A program made the translations under genes and the position numbers. A DNA stretch of 63,916 bases, counting the filler, from Octopus bimaculoides (Eukaryota), in assembly GCF_001194135.2 (NCBI RefSeq). It is 7 parts of 5 records of this genome, joined end to end, with 100 filler letters (N's around TTAATTAATTAA, not from the genome) between each part and the next. Parts side by side here need not be neighbours in the genome. Positions count along the whole stretch, not along the records: positions 24,247 to 48,157 come from NC_068991.1; 6 more parts are not named here. One strand, given 5' to 3'. This document shows positions 24,938-37,925 of the stretch, piece after piece. Numbering within the stretch: the stretch's first letter is position 1; each line of letters starts with the position of its first letter. The notes beneath the pieces are model-generated. The model had not been told where the DNA came from. It saw nothing but the letters and a program-made list of their open reading frames with translations, and made no database searches.

Positions 24938-25735
24938 ATAGGCGCAGGAGTGGCTGTGTGGTAAGTAGCTTGCTTACCTACCACATGGCTCTGGGTTCAG
25001 TCCCACTGCGTGGCACCTTGGGCAAGTGTCTTCTTCTACTATAGCCTCGGGCCGACCAAAGCCTTGTGAGTGGATTTGGTAGGCGGAAACTGAAACAACC
25101 CCGTCGTATATATATACATATATATATATATATANNNNNNNNNNNNNNNNNNNNNNNNNNNNNNNNNNNNNNNNNNNNNNNNNNNNNNNNNNNNNNNNNN
25201 NNNNNNNNNNNNNNNNNNNNNNNNNNNNNNNNNNNNNNNNNNNNNNNNNNNNNNNNNNNNNNNNNNNNNNNNNNNNNNNNNNNNNNNNNNNNNNNNNNNN
25301 NNNNNNNNNNNNNNNNNNNNNNNNNNNNNNNNNNNNNNNNNNNNNNNNNNNNNNNNNNNNNNNNNNNNNNNNNNNNNNNNNNNNNNNNNNNNNNNNNNNN
25401 NNNNNNNNNNNNNNNNNNNNNNNNNNNNNNNNNNNNNNNNNNNNNNNNNNNNNNNNNNNNNNNNNNNNNNNNNNNNNNNNNNNNNNNNNNNNTATACATA
25501 TATGTGTGTGAGTAAAGGTTTGTGTGTCTGTGTTTGTCCCCCCACCATCGTTTGAGAACCAATGTTGGCGTGTTTACGTCCCCGTAAGTTAGCGGTTCGG
25601 CGATAGAGACAAAAAGGATAAGTGCTAGGCTTACAAAGAATAAGTGCTAGGCTTACAAAGAATAAGTGCTGGGGTCGAGTTGTTCGACTAAAAGGCGGTG
25701 CTCCTGCATAGCTGCAGTCAAATAAAAGAATAAAA
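24938..25735 (+). mobile_element. SINE family B spanning a gap at its internal microsatellite; 22-bp tandem duplication in the 3' part
   Basis: Head taggcgcaggagtggctgtgtggtaag; aataagtgctaggcttacaaag repeated at about 25617-25660. Confidence 0.85.
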
Positions 25736-26049
25736 GAATAAAAGAATATGTGAACGACTGATCGTCTGGCCGTATATTGTAAAGTAGAATTTCGAAGATG
25801 TAGAAAACTAATTAAAAAAACAAAAAACACAGGTATGCTTTCACCTCCAACACCAACACCATTACTACAAACACCATCACAACCGCTACTACATGACTCC
25901 CTGTTTCGCTTATCAAAGCTGATACTCGCCGCCATTACCCACAGTTTATATAATCTCAGCCGCCATTTTAGAAGTCTTTTTCATTTCTCTGCTGAAAACT
26001 CATAAAACCTGACCCCAATCATCGTTCATCACCCAATCACCTTTCTTCA

Positions 26050-26425
26050 TCTTCTGCTTCTTCTTTTCATTCTTCTTTTTCTTTTTACCTTCTTTTTCTT
26101 TCTTTTCCTCTTTTTCTTTTCCTTCTTTTTTCTTCTTCTTTCCTTTTTCTCTTTTCTTCTTATTCTCCTTTACTTCTTTCTTTTCGATTTCTTATTTCTT
26201 CTTTTCCTTACCCTCTTTCTTATCTTTTTCTCTTTCTTTTCCTTTTCTCTTTCTTCTTTTCCTTTCCTCTTTCTTCTTTTCCTTTTCCCTCTCTTTTCCC
26301 TCCCCTCTCCCCCTCCTCCTCCTGCTTTTCTTTTTATTTCTTCTTCTTTCTCCCCTACTTTCTTTCCTTCTCTCCTTCCTCTTATTTTCATCTTCTTTCC
26401 TTCCATTTTCCCATTTTCTTTCTTC
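26050..26425. repeat. Polypyrimidine/polypurine low-complexity tract (about 370 bp)
   Basis: Almost exclusively C/T on the + strand. Confidence 0.9.
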
Positions 26426-27569
26426 GTCTTCATTCACTCCCACCGCCGTCGTAATCACCATTGCACTCATCACAATCGAAGCAACCATCTTTCCACGCTT
26501 CCATTAATTTGCTTCAGTGCATGTCTACGTACGTACGCATGTACATATGAATGTATGTATGTATGTATGCATGCATGTATATATATATGTATGTATGTGC
26601 GTAAGAGAAAAAGAGAGAGTGAAAGAGAGAGAATTCCTCCCTCCATCTCTTTCCATTGACTGCGTATGGGTTTCTGTGACCCCTATATCTCAACCACCCC
26701 CCTTCACACAACGACATCCAATCAGTGCGAGACAATCTTTTAATACATAATACATCTGTACTTTATCTTCTACACGCCAACATTATCAGAACGGATCTAT
26801 CTCTTCTTCTTCCTTTTCCATCAAGTCTCTCTCTTTCCTTCTTAATTTATCCCTCTTCTGCTCCCCTTCCTCCCCCACTTCTTGATTCACTTAAACCTCT
26901 TTCTCCCTCCCTACCAACCATCTTTCTCCGGCCCCGTCGTGTTCCGTTCTAACTTCTTTCACAACCACCACCTCCCCCACCCGGATCAAAGTTAGAAAAA
27001 GTCCGAAAGATATCTAAATAAAATTATCGTTCACCTTTTAGAGACGACCAATCTTTCATGCAGCGCCCTCTGTCATCAAGCTGAGATTTCATTGTAAATG
27101 TAATATTGCACATATCGCATGATTGTGGAGAATGTGCGAGGGAAGGAGCAAAGGGCAGGGGCAGGGGGAGGGGGGCAACATGAAGGCCACAACATGTGCG
27201 TGATTCTGCCTTCGATTTCGACCGCCAAACCTTCCTTCTACCTTGCAATCATCAGTGTCACCGCTATAATCCTTGTCATCACTGTCATCGTTATTCCATT
27301 CTCTGTCATCGTTTTTATCCCTGTTGGCATTGTCATCACTGCCATGATCATCATCATCGTCATCATCATCATCATCATCGTCATCATCCGTCCCTATCGT
27401 CTTTGTCATCATTGTTATCAGATTCATCACCATCATCACTGTTATCCCTTTCTGTCATCACTGTCATCACTGTCGTCCTCGTTTCTGTCATCATTGTTAT
27501 CCCTGTCGTTATTTGTCATTTTCATCATCATCACTACTACCCTTATTCTTATCACTATCATTCCTGTTG

Positions 27570-28262
27570 TCAGCGACGCCACCGTCCAAAGTGTCATCGT
27601 TGTCATCAATCACATCTTTGACGTTACTGTCGTCCCTGTCATCACCGTCCAAAGTGTCGTCACTGTCATCCCTGTCCCAAGTGTCGTCACTGTCATTACT
27701 GTCCCAAGTATCATCCCTGTCACCACCGTGGAAAATGTCAATGTCATCACCGTCCCAAGTGTCGTCATTGTCATCACCGTCTCAAGTATCGTCCCTGTCA
27801 TCAGCGTTCCAAGTGTCGCTGCTGTCATCACTGTCCCAAATGTCATTGTCATCACCGTGGAAAGTGTCGTCAATGTTATCACCGTCCCAAGTGTCGTCAT
27901 TGTTATCACTGTCCCTTTGTCGTCACTGTCATCACCTTCCCAAGTGTGGTCACTGTCATCACCGTCCTAAATGTCATCACTGTCATCACCGTCGAAAGTA
28001 TCGTCACTGTCGTCAGCGTTCCGAGTGTCATCACTGTCATCACCGTCCCAAGTGTCGTCATTGTCATCACCGTCCCAAGTATCGTCGCTGTCATCATCGT
28101 CCCAAGTGTCGTCATTGTCATCACCGTCCCAAGTGTCGTCACTGTCATCACCTTCCTAAGTGTCATCATTGTCATCGCTGTCCCAAGTGTCGTCACTGTC
28201 ATCACCGTCCCAACTGTCGTCACTGTCATCACCTTCCCAAGTGTCGTCATTGTCATAAGTCA
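27570..28262. repeat. 27-bp minisatellite (accgtcccaagtgtcgtcactgtcatc) about x25, inside GTC/ATC-rich low-complexity DNA (27250-28830)
   Basis: Unit read directly; gives TVPSVVTVI / SSPSQVSSL / MTVTTLGTV repeats in the ORF track. Confidence 0.9.
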
Positions 28263-28877
28263 TCACTCATTCCCATCACCTTAATCCCTATTATTGACTT
28301 AGTGGTCAATGACGTCACTATCCTCAGCACAATCGCCGCCATACTATCAATGCTCTCTCATCCCTGTCATCACTGATATCTCTGTCAACATTGTCATCAT
28401 CACCCTTAAATCAATATCAGCAATAACATTACTGTCATCATTCACCATTAATATCACTGTCATCACAATCATAATTGTCATTATTTTCGTCCCTCTTTCT
28501 GCTGCTGTCACTCTAGTTTCTCTCTCCATATTTTCATGTTTTTATCGATGTCATCACCATCATCACATCCATTAGTCATCATACTCTTCACCGTTATCAT
28601 TGCCATCAGATTTTTTTTTATCTTAGCGATCAATCAATTTGTTGCTATTGACAACGCTTTCATTCTATTACCAGTCCTATTTTCGTCATCTTTGTGAAGA
28701 ACGTCATAATTGTTAATGTCATAACTCTCATAATTCACATCAGTTTTGGCACTGATATCGTTGTCATCATAACAATCAGTCATAAGTGTTATCGCTGACA
28801 TTATAGCCATCCTTGTCATCATTAACATCTATTATCATCCCTATCCATATTTTTCGGCATTATAATATTCTGTAATA

Positions 28878-29092
28878 AAGCAGTGAGCTGGCAGAATCGT
28901 TAGCAGACCGGGCAAATTATTTCTCGGTATTTCGTCCCTCTTTACGTTCTGAGTTCAAATTCCACCGAGGTTGACTTTGCCTTTCATCCGTTCGGGGTCG
29001 ATGAAATAAGTACCAGTTGAACACTGGGGTCAATATCATCGACTAGTCCCCCTCCCTAAAATTTCAGACCTTGTGCCTATAGTAGAATGGAT
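28878..29092 (+). mobile_element. SINE family A, full length with about 17-bp TSD (taatattctgtaataaa)
   Basis: TSD at about 28862-28878 and 29095-29111. Confidence 0.9.
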
Positions 29093-29284
29093 TTTAATAT
29101 TCTGTAATAAATGTCGTATTATTACAATAGTATTCACTGTATAGTCATTTATATCACTGACGTCGCTGTCATAACTGCCATATTATCATTATTCATGGCT
29201 GTCATATTATCATTATTCATTATTCATGACTAATTACTGTACTCACTGTCATCACCTCATAACTGCTCTTTCAAAACACTCATC

Positions 29285-29697
29285 ACAATGGATGGCTGAA
29301 AACTTTCATGGTCACATGACCCCTAACATTTCGCCTCCTAATTCCCGGTCTCAATCCATTGGACTATTACATGTGGAGCGTTGTTGAGAGAGAGAGAGAC
29401 AGAGAGAGAAAGAGAGGTCAATGAACACACCCATAACACCAAAGCTTCTTTGAAAGCTGCCATAGTCAGAGTAATGTCCAAAATGAACCAGAACCACTTG
29501 ATTCCAGCATGGAGAGGATTTAGATCTCATATAGAAGGAATTGTTGAAGCTGAAAGTGGCTTGATTGAGTAACATTATAGAAACGATGGTTTCTTTTTAT
29601 CCTCATAGCAGTTTTTGATAAATAAAGTTATCTGTTATATATCTGTTTTTTTTTTTATAAACATAAACCTGTCCTCAAATATCTTACGCACCCTGTA
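29285..29697 (+). pseudogene. Tc1/mariner-superfamily (SPDLNPLD-type, DDD) transposase 3' relic with right TIR ending CACCCTG-TA
   Basis: QWMAENFHGHMTPNI, PPNS(frameshift)LNPLDYYMWSVVER, EVNEHTHNTKASLKAAIVRVMSKMNQNHL...EGIVEAESGLIE*; terminal tcttacgcaccctgta. Confidence 0.8.
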
Positions 29698-29929
29698 TAT
29701 ANNNNNNNNNNNNNNNNNNNNNNNNNNNNNNNNNNNNNNNNNNNNNNNNNNNNNNNNNNNNNNNNNNNNNNNNNNNNNNNNNNNNNNNNNNNNNNNNNNN
29801 NNNNNNNNNNNNNNNNNNNNNNNNNNNNNNNNNNNNNNNNNNNNNNNNNNNNNNNNNNNNNNNNNNNNNNNNNNNNNNNNNNNNNNNNNNNNNNNNNNNN
29901 NNNNNNNNNNNNNNNNNNNNNNNNNNNNN

Positions 29930-30202
29930 ATTTCGCCCGGCGTACTAAGGTTTCTCACAGCTCGCCGCCTTACACACACACACACGTACATATTCTTTTC
30001 TACTCTAGGCACAAAGCCAGAAACTTTTGGGGAGGGGGACAGTCGATTAAACCGACCTCAGTATTCAACTGGTACTTAATTTATCGACCCCAAAAGGATG
30101 AAAGGCAAAGACGACCTCGGCGGAATTTGAACTCAGAGCATAAAGACAGACGAAATACCGCTAAGCATTTCGCCCGGCGTACTAAGGTTTCTCACAGCTC
30201 GC
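29930..30202 (-). mobile_element. SINE family A with a duplicated head at the gap edge
   Basis: tttcgcccggcgtactaaggtttctcacagctcgccgcctt(ac)n at 29931 and again at about 30168. Confidence 0.85.
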
Positions 30203-30949
30203 CGCCTTACACACACACACACACACATATATTATGTCAGTTCTAATGTCTTTGGAACTATCAGTCTTGTTATAAGCCACAGCTACAATTTGTACGCCTA
30301 CATGATATACGATAAAGATAGGATAACCACAACACACATAGCTTCGGTTACATTCATGAGACTAAATTACAACAACAACAAGAGCATTATCAACAACAAT
30401 AACAACCCCATGCCGGTTTTTCCTTATAATCTTATCAACACAAGCCTTCATTAATTATCGATTCTATGGACAACCGCACATTTAATATAATGTCTTTTTG
30501 CAACGATATAAAGGTTATGTCAATAGAATGATACTGTGATCTTATAGCGCTGATTGTGTTCGTTTTTGTGCTGGATGTTCAACCAATCAAAAGAAACTTT
30601 ATAGTGATGCACTCTGATTAGATAAGAAAAAATGTGCTTCCATTTTCTATGGTCAAACTTGTATTACAAAAGTTATATCGCTTTTATAACATAGACAAAT
30701 GTAGCTACTATTTCCTGTTGTTCAGCAAACTAACATCTTACCCATATGTGTATAGTTTATTCCTTCGCCTATCTCTGTCTCTGTCTTTCATTACGAAAAA
30801 CATATGGTGAAAATGGCGTAGTGATTGTGAATCGAGTCCCCACAAAATATATTCTATTTGCATTAAATATTCTATCACGCATTTGTAATCAAAAACATGA
30901 CTGTGAATGTGTGTGTATGTATGTATTATGTATACATGTGAATGTGGTT

Positions 30950-31115
30950 GCCTATGTTCATTCCACTGCAGTTTGAAGGCCTCAACATGTTCTCTCCACT
31001 AACCACGGTCTAATGTGGAGGCCGTGAATCTGAACTGGCCGTGATACTACTTTGATGAGCCTACTCTGTCACACCGGCCCGACATGGCTTGGAAGAGGGA
31101 TGCAGTTTTCATACT
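30950..31115. mobile_element. Unclassified dispersed repeat; homolog at about 51745-51910
   Basis: gcctatgttca...catgttctctccac...atgtggaggc...gatgagcctactctg...gacatggc...gcagttttcatactc in both; both followed by a minus-strand SINE A fragment. Confidence 0.65.
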
Positions 31116-32232
31116 CTTACTCAGGATTAGTTAAGTCGATCACATCGACCCCAGTGCTCAGCTGATACTTATTTTATCGATCCCGAAAGGAAAAGATGAA
31201 AGGCAAAGAGGGCCGCGGCAGAATGTGAAAACAGAACATAAGAACGGACGAAATATCGCTCAGCATTTCGCCCGGCGTACTAAAGATTCTGCCAGTGTTT
31301 GTGTGTGCGTATGTGCGTGTATATATATATATATATNNNNNNNNNNNNNNNNNNNNNNNNNNNNNNNNNNNNNNNNNNNNNNNNNNNNNNNNNNNNNNNN
31401 NNNNNNNNNNNNNNNNNNNNNNNNNNNNNNNNNNNNNNNNNNNNNNNNNNNNNNNNNNNNNNNNNNNNNNNNNNNNNNNNNNNNNNNNNNNNNNNNNNNN
31501 NNNNNNNNNNNNNNNNNNNNNNNNNNNNNNNNNNNNNNNNNNNNNNNNNNNNNNNNNNNNNNNNNNNNNNNNNNNNNNNNNNNNNNNNNNNNNNNNNNNN
31601 NNNNNNNNNNNNNNNNNNNNNNNNNNNNNNNNNNNNNNNNNNNNNNNNNNNNNNNNNNNNNNNNNNNNNNNNNNNNNNNNNNNNNNNNNNNNNNNNNNNN
31701 NNNNNNNNNNNNNNNNNNNNNNNNNNNNNNNNNNNNNNNNNNNNNNNNNNNNNNNNNNNNNNNNNNNNNNNNNNNNNNNNNNNNNNNNNNNNNNNNNNNN
31801 NNNNNNNNNNNNNNNNNNNNNNNNNNNNNNNNNNNNNNNNNNNNNNNNNNNNNNNNNNNNNNNNNNNNNNNNNNNNNNNNNNNNNNNNNNNNNNNNNNNN
31901 NNNNNNNNNNNNNNNNNNNNNNNNNNNNNNNNNNNNNNNNNNNNNNNNNNNNNNNNNNNNNNNNNNNNNNNNNNNNNNNNNNNNNNNNNNNNNNNNNNNN
32001 NNNNNNNNNNNNNNNNNNNNNNNNNNNNNNNNNNNNNNNNNNNNNNNNNNNNNNNNNNNNNNNNNNNNNNNNNNNNNNNNNNNNNNNNNNNNNNNNNNNN
32101 NNNNNNNNNNNNNNNNNNNNNNNNNNNNNNNNNNNNNNNNNNNNNNNNNNNNNNNNNNNNNNNNNNNNNNNNNNNNNNNNNNNNNNNNNNNNNNNNNNNN
32201 NNNNNNNNNNNNNNNNNGTGTGTATGTGTACG

Positions 32233-32271
<39 letters not shown>

Positions 32272-34056
32272 TAGGCAAATGTAGTGAATCGAATGCTGCA
32301 GCTACAAGCAGTTTCGATGTTTTAACCGTTATCACAAAGCGGTATCATTACAATTGACTAGCAAAATAATTGCACATAAATTAAGTAGCTACAATAACGA
32401 ATTAATGATCTGCCAACAGGGATCTGAGACACCGCACGGCATTCAAGATATAGTCTTACATATATATAATATATTGCGTGCATTACACATATCGGAAGGT
32501 GGAAGAACTCGGAAGGGTAAACGGTTCTCCAATAGTGTGTATATAGAGGAGTTATCCTCAATGACGAAAATACCCCCGAGCCAGGGTTACGGCGAAGTCA
32601 TGGGGAACAACATGGGGGGGGGGGTTGAAGTTGGGCGTATTGATCTTCATTCAATGAAAATAATATGACACAATCTGGGCAGAAGAGCCTCTTCAGCCAA
32701 TTGTCAGTCTAGGGTCAACGAATCCAGTTAGCAGATTACTGCTAGTTGACAGAACTGGCGACTCATCAACTCATTTTGGCTACTTGAAAACACTGTGGAG
32801 TTCTAGAATCTCATTGTGTTACCAATTGAAGTTGGATGACTAGTAGCAGTATACATATCAATGTGCACATCATGTATACAAACTTTGTCTTTCTGTCAGC
32901 CTGCTTCTCTTTTCCCCTTGCACACTCAAGTACGCGCACGCGAGTGGCGTTGCAAAAAATTTGAGCCCGGATAGTGAAATAAAATGATATTTTCCGTTAT
33001 ATTCAATTTGTTGGGCTTAGAACTTTTAGGATACCTTTTATATGTATGAAATTGTCAGTCCTAACGACGATGTTACTTTTGAGCTATCCTTCTCGTCACA
33101 TTTGAAATGCTATGGCTCGTATTTAACTACAGTGTCATCAGGTGAAAACCATAAAAAGAACGAAAGCAAATTTTCTGCGATCGGCTCCGTGTTTTAACGA
33201 AGACTTCCTGAAAATGTATCACTCTGCTTACCTGTAAATCAAATGAGGAAAGAAAGCAAACAATGTTGAGTATTAACTATCAAAAATGTCAATAGAATGT
33301 TACAATTGAATTAAGAGCAAATATTTAAGAGTAAATTAATTTAAGATCTGGATAAATTTAATCTAGAGAATATATAAGCCCTGAATCCTCATCCCTATTT
33401 CGATCTGTTATTCGTATTGCATATATATGGAAATAGTTTTATCTACCCGACTGAGATTTCTGTTACTATTGAAATGGTATGGTTAGGATTTAACTACAAC
33501 GTCGTCAGGGGAAAATCGTAGAGAGGACAAAGACAAATTTATTGTATAATGTATGTGTGTGTGCGCGCGCGCGTGCTCGTATGTACGATCTCTATGTTTT
33601 TATTTTTCTGTCTGCCAAACTATCTATCCATCTGTCTATATCTATCTGTCAAGCTCTAATCTGACATGTGTAATTCACCAAGTAGATGTTACAGCGGCCA
33701 CTTTTATTATACACACTCACACACTGCTATACATCAACTACATGCCCTGCCTCCATGCTCCACAAATACTCAGTAATCCCTAAAAAACACCATGTCATTG
33801 GATGTTGTTAATCCGGTCTTTTAAACTCTTAACATTAACTCGTTTAAAGGATGAACTAACAAATAGTTCACTTCATTGCTTTCTCTTCCTAGCCTTCTTC
33901 CCCCCCCCTCATTCTTACGTTTTCCTTCCGTCCATTCCTCTTGTTCCTCTCCTCGGCTACGCAAATACAGTCTCACACTTACATATGCACATACAAATAT
34001 ACATACATATCTGCAAATACATACACGTACATGCAGGAACCTGTCTGTCTATCTAT

Positions 34057-34125
<69 letters not shown>

Positions 34126-34230
34126 GTATACAAACATAAACATTCATACACTTATATGAGTATATGTGCGCACACACACTCACACACAAATATATACAAA
34201 TGCGTGTGTGTGTATATATGTTTATATACG

Positions 34231-34267
<37 letters not shown>

Positions 34268-34343
34268 GATATATAATATAATATATACATAAACATACAT
34301 ACACTACGAATAAATGTATTTATATACGTGTGTGTGCGTATAC

Positions 34344-34413
<70 letters not shown>

Positions 34414-35033
34414 ATAAGCAAACACATACATATTTCTTTGTGCATGCACTTTCATACGTGTAGAAATCTATACATAAGAATTCATAGGATCATGTCTGCA
34501 TTAATCTACACGCATACACCTCTATATGAAAATGCACGTGCGTATACACATACACACACACGCATATACACGCACAAAAACACACACACAAACACACACA
34601 TACACAAAAACACACACACAAACACACAAACACACGCATAAACACACAAACACACGCAGACACACACAAACACACACACAAACACACACAGATGCTCGCA
34701 CAGTCATACATGTTCACTAAAAGGCATATTCATTCTTATATTCATTACATTCACATACGCGCATGCTTTATACATGCTGAGATTGTCTTGTGCATATCCG
34801 TGTCTGTGTATGTGTGTGTGCGTGTACGTGTGTATAATATATATGTATGTGTGTATGTATATATGTATGTATCTATGCATGTATGTATGTATGTATATAT
34901 GTAAGTATGTATGTATGTATATATGTATGTATGTATGTACCTATCTATCTGTCTATCTCGATATATATATATGAACATATACATGTATGAACATGTAACT
35001 GTATGTGCTTGTGTGTAATGCACATGTGTACAC

Positions 35034-35085
<52 letters not shown>

Positions 35086-35489
35086 GTATGGACACACACA
35101 CTCACATTACATTGACTTTCACCCCCTACACCTTCCATATTGATAGCGCTCCCTTCCAGGGAGTCGATTCTAAATTTGGAACCTCTCGACAATCCCCTGC
35201 ACTTTCTCCCCCTTTTTTTTTCAATTTCAGTCTGAAAACAATAATGGCAGCCAATTTCCCGCTTCTTTCTCCCATTCTAGCCTCTTTCTCCTCCTTGTCT
35301 TCCACTAAGAAATTTTCGTTTCCAGTTTTGGGGCGGCAGATGTCCGACAACTCTCAGACTCTCAGGACGACAGGATCGCCGGCAGCATCCACTGATATCT
35401 CTAGGGTCCTACAATTTTTTCACCATTTAGCTCCCGCCAACTTGGTTACGGGCCTTCGCCCTCACGCCAACACATCTACCACATTATCA

Positions 35490-35609
35490 TCATCAACAGC
35501 AGCAGCATCAATGTTATAATCAACGTCGTCATCATCCTCATCATCTTCACCATCCTCCTCCTCATCCTCCTCATCCTCCTCCTCATCATCATCATCATCA
35601 TCATCATCA

Positions 35610-35642
<33 letters not shown>

Positions 35643-35644
35643 TC

Positions 35645-35690
<46 letters not shown>

Positions 35691-36605
35691 AGCTCATCAT
35701 CATCATAATCATCATCATCACCATCACCATCCAACTCCTCCTCCTCCTCCTCCTCATCATCATCATCATCAGCATCATCACCCCTCCTCGTCCTCCTCCT
35801 CGTCCTCCTCCTCATCATCATCATGAACCTTATCATCATTATATCATCATCCTCATCATCATCATCATCATCATCATAATCATCATCATCATCCTCATCA
35901 TCATCATCACCATCATCATAATCATCATCATCATCAACATCATCATCATCGTCATCGTCGTCGTCATCATCATCATCATGATTTATGATCCTCTCCGTCA
36001 TATTATTTATGATCAACGCCATCTTTAACCTCGTTATCATATTCATGATGTTGATGATGATAATGGCCTTCATCATCATCATCGTCACCATCACTATCAT
36101 CATCACAACACCACCACCATCAACATCATCAAGATCACCATCATCACTTCAATTGTCATCGTTATCGCCATTCATCACCATCGTCAGCGTCAGCATTTTA
36201 TATCATAGCTATGATAATAATTACTTCCAGCATCATTATANNNNNNNNNNATCATCCTCATCATCATCATCACCATCATCATAATCATCATCATCATCAA
36301 CATCATCATCATCGTCATCGTCGTCGTCATCATCATCATCATGATTTATGATCCTCTCCGTCATATTATTTATGATCAACGCCATCTTTAACCTCGTTAT
36401 CATATTCATGATGTTGATGATGATAATGGCCTTCATCATCATCATCGTCACCATCACTATCATCATCACAACACCACCACCATCAACATCATCAAGATCA
36501 CCATCATCACTTCAATTGTCATCGTTATCGCCATTCATCACCATCGTCAGCGTCAGCATTTTATATCATAGCTATGATAATAATTACTTCCAGCATCATT
36601 ATAAC
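35490..36605. repeat. (CAT/CCT/CGT)n compound microsatellite; about 360 bp duplicated across a 10-N gap
   Basis: About 35880-36240 is repeated at 36251-36603. Confidence 0.9.
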
Positions 36606-36945
36606 GTTATCGACAACAATAGCGGAGTCATCAGTGCATGTTCAAGCGAATAAGAATCTCTGAACCGTGAAACATTTGTGGTGCTCTGGTGATCGACTGC
36701 AAGCTGGGATCCACGGGGGTCTGCTCAGTAAAAGACACGAGATAAATATGTCTTACCTTTCAGCGTTACCATCCGGCATTGAAATCATTATCATTCTGAT
36801 TAAAAATAAAATCGTCTGCCGAAATACATTTTGGGTTTTATCGTTATTTGTCTCCCATGTTTTTTTCATTATGCAGAAACAAATGTTGCGATCTACTATA
36901 AAAGAACGATATCCTTCATGCTCGTGTTATATAGTTCTTATATAA

Positions 36946-37672
36946 GCGCAGGAGTGGCTATGCGGTAAGTAGCTTGCTTACCAACCACATGGTTCCGGGT
37001 TCAGTCCCACTGCATGGCACCTTGGGCAAGTGTCTTCTACTATAGCCTCGGGCCGACCAAAGCCTTGTGAGTGGATTTGGTAGGTGGAAATTGAAAGAAG
37101 CCCGTCCTATANNNNNNNNNNNNNNNNNNNNNNNNNNNNNNNNNNNNNNNNNNNNNNNNNNNNNNNNNNNNNNNNNNNNNNNNNNNNNNNNNNNNNNNNN
37201 NNNNNNNNNNNNNNNNNNNNNNNNNNNNNNNNNNNNNNNNNNNNNNNNNNNNNNNNNNNNNNNNNNNNNNNNNNNNNNNNNNNNNNNNNNNNNNNNNNNN
37301 NNNNNNNNNNNNNNNNNNNNNNNNNNNNNNNNNNNNNNNNNNNNNNNNNNNNNNNNNNNNNNNNNNNNNNNNNNNNNNNNNNNNNNNNNNNNNNNNNNNN
37401 NNNNNNNNNNNNNNNNNNNNNNNNNNNNNNNNNNNNNNNNNNNNNNNNNNNNNNNNNNNNNNNNNNNNNNNNNNNNNNNNNNNNNNNNNNNNNNNNNNNN
37501 NNNNNNNNNNNNNNNNNNNNNNNNNNNNNNNNNNNNNNNNNNNNNNNNNNNNNNNNNNNNNNNNNNNNNNNNNNNNNNNNNNNNNNNNNNNNNNNNNNNN
37601 NNNNNNNNNNNNNNNNNNNNNNNNNNNNNNNNNNNNNNNNNNNNNNNTGTATATATATATATGTACACACAC

Positions 37673-37731
<59 letters not shown>

Positions 37732-37925
37732 TGTGTGTTTGTGTGTGTTTGTTTATTAACGTTCCCGTAACTTAGCAGTTCGGCAAAAGTGACAGATAGA
37801 ATAAGTACCAGGGTGAAAAACGAAAATAAGAACAGGTGTCTATAGTTCGACTAAATACTTTGTCAGGGCAGCGCCGCAATATGGCTGTAGTTTAATGACC
37901 GAAACAAGTGAAAGATAAAAGATAA
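36946..37925 (+). mobile_element. SINE family B spanning a gap at its internal microsatellite
   Basis: Head aagcgcaggagtggctatgcggtaag; 3' part cccgtaacttagcagttcggc...gataaaagataaaaga. Confidence 0.85.

Noticed and set aside
27050-27125. C2H2-like string CDMCNITFTMKSQL on the minus strand
   Set aside because: Histidine ligands are absent (DDRGRC follows) and no convincing splice sites were seen; probably chance.
32354-32668. 104-aa ORF
   Set aside because: No motif I can identify with confidence; probably decayed transposon sequence.
35462-36653. Poly-Asp/Met acidic ORFs and a 360-bp tandem duplication
   Set aside because: Triplet microsatellite; the exact duplication straddles a 10-N gap and is most likely contig overlap.
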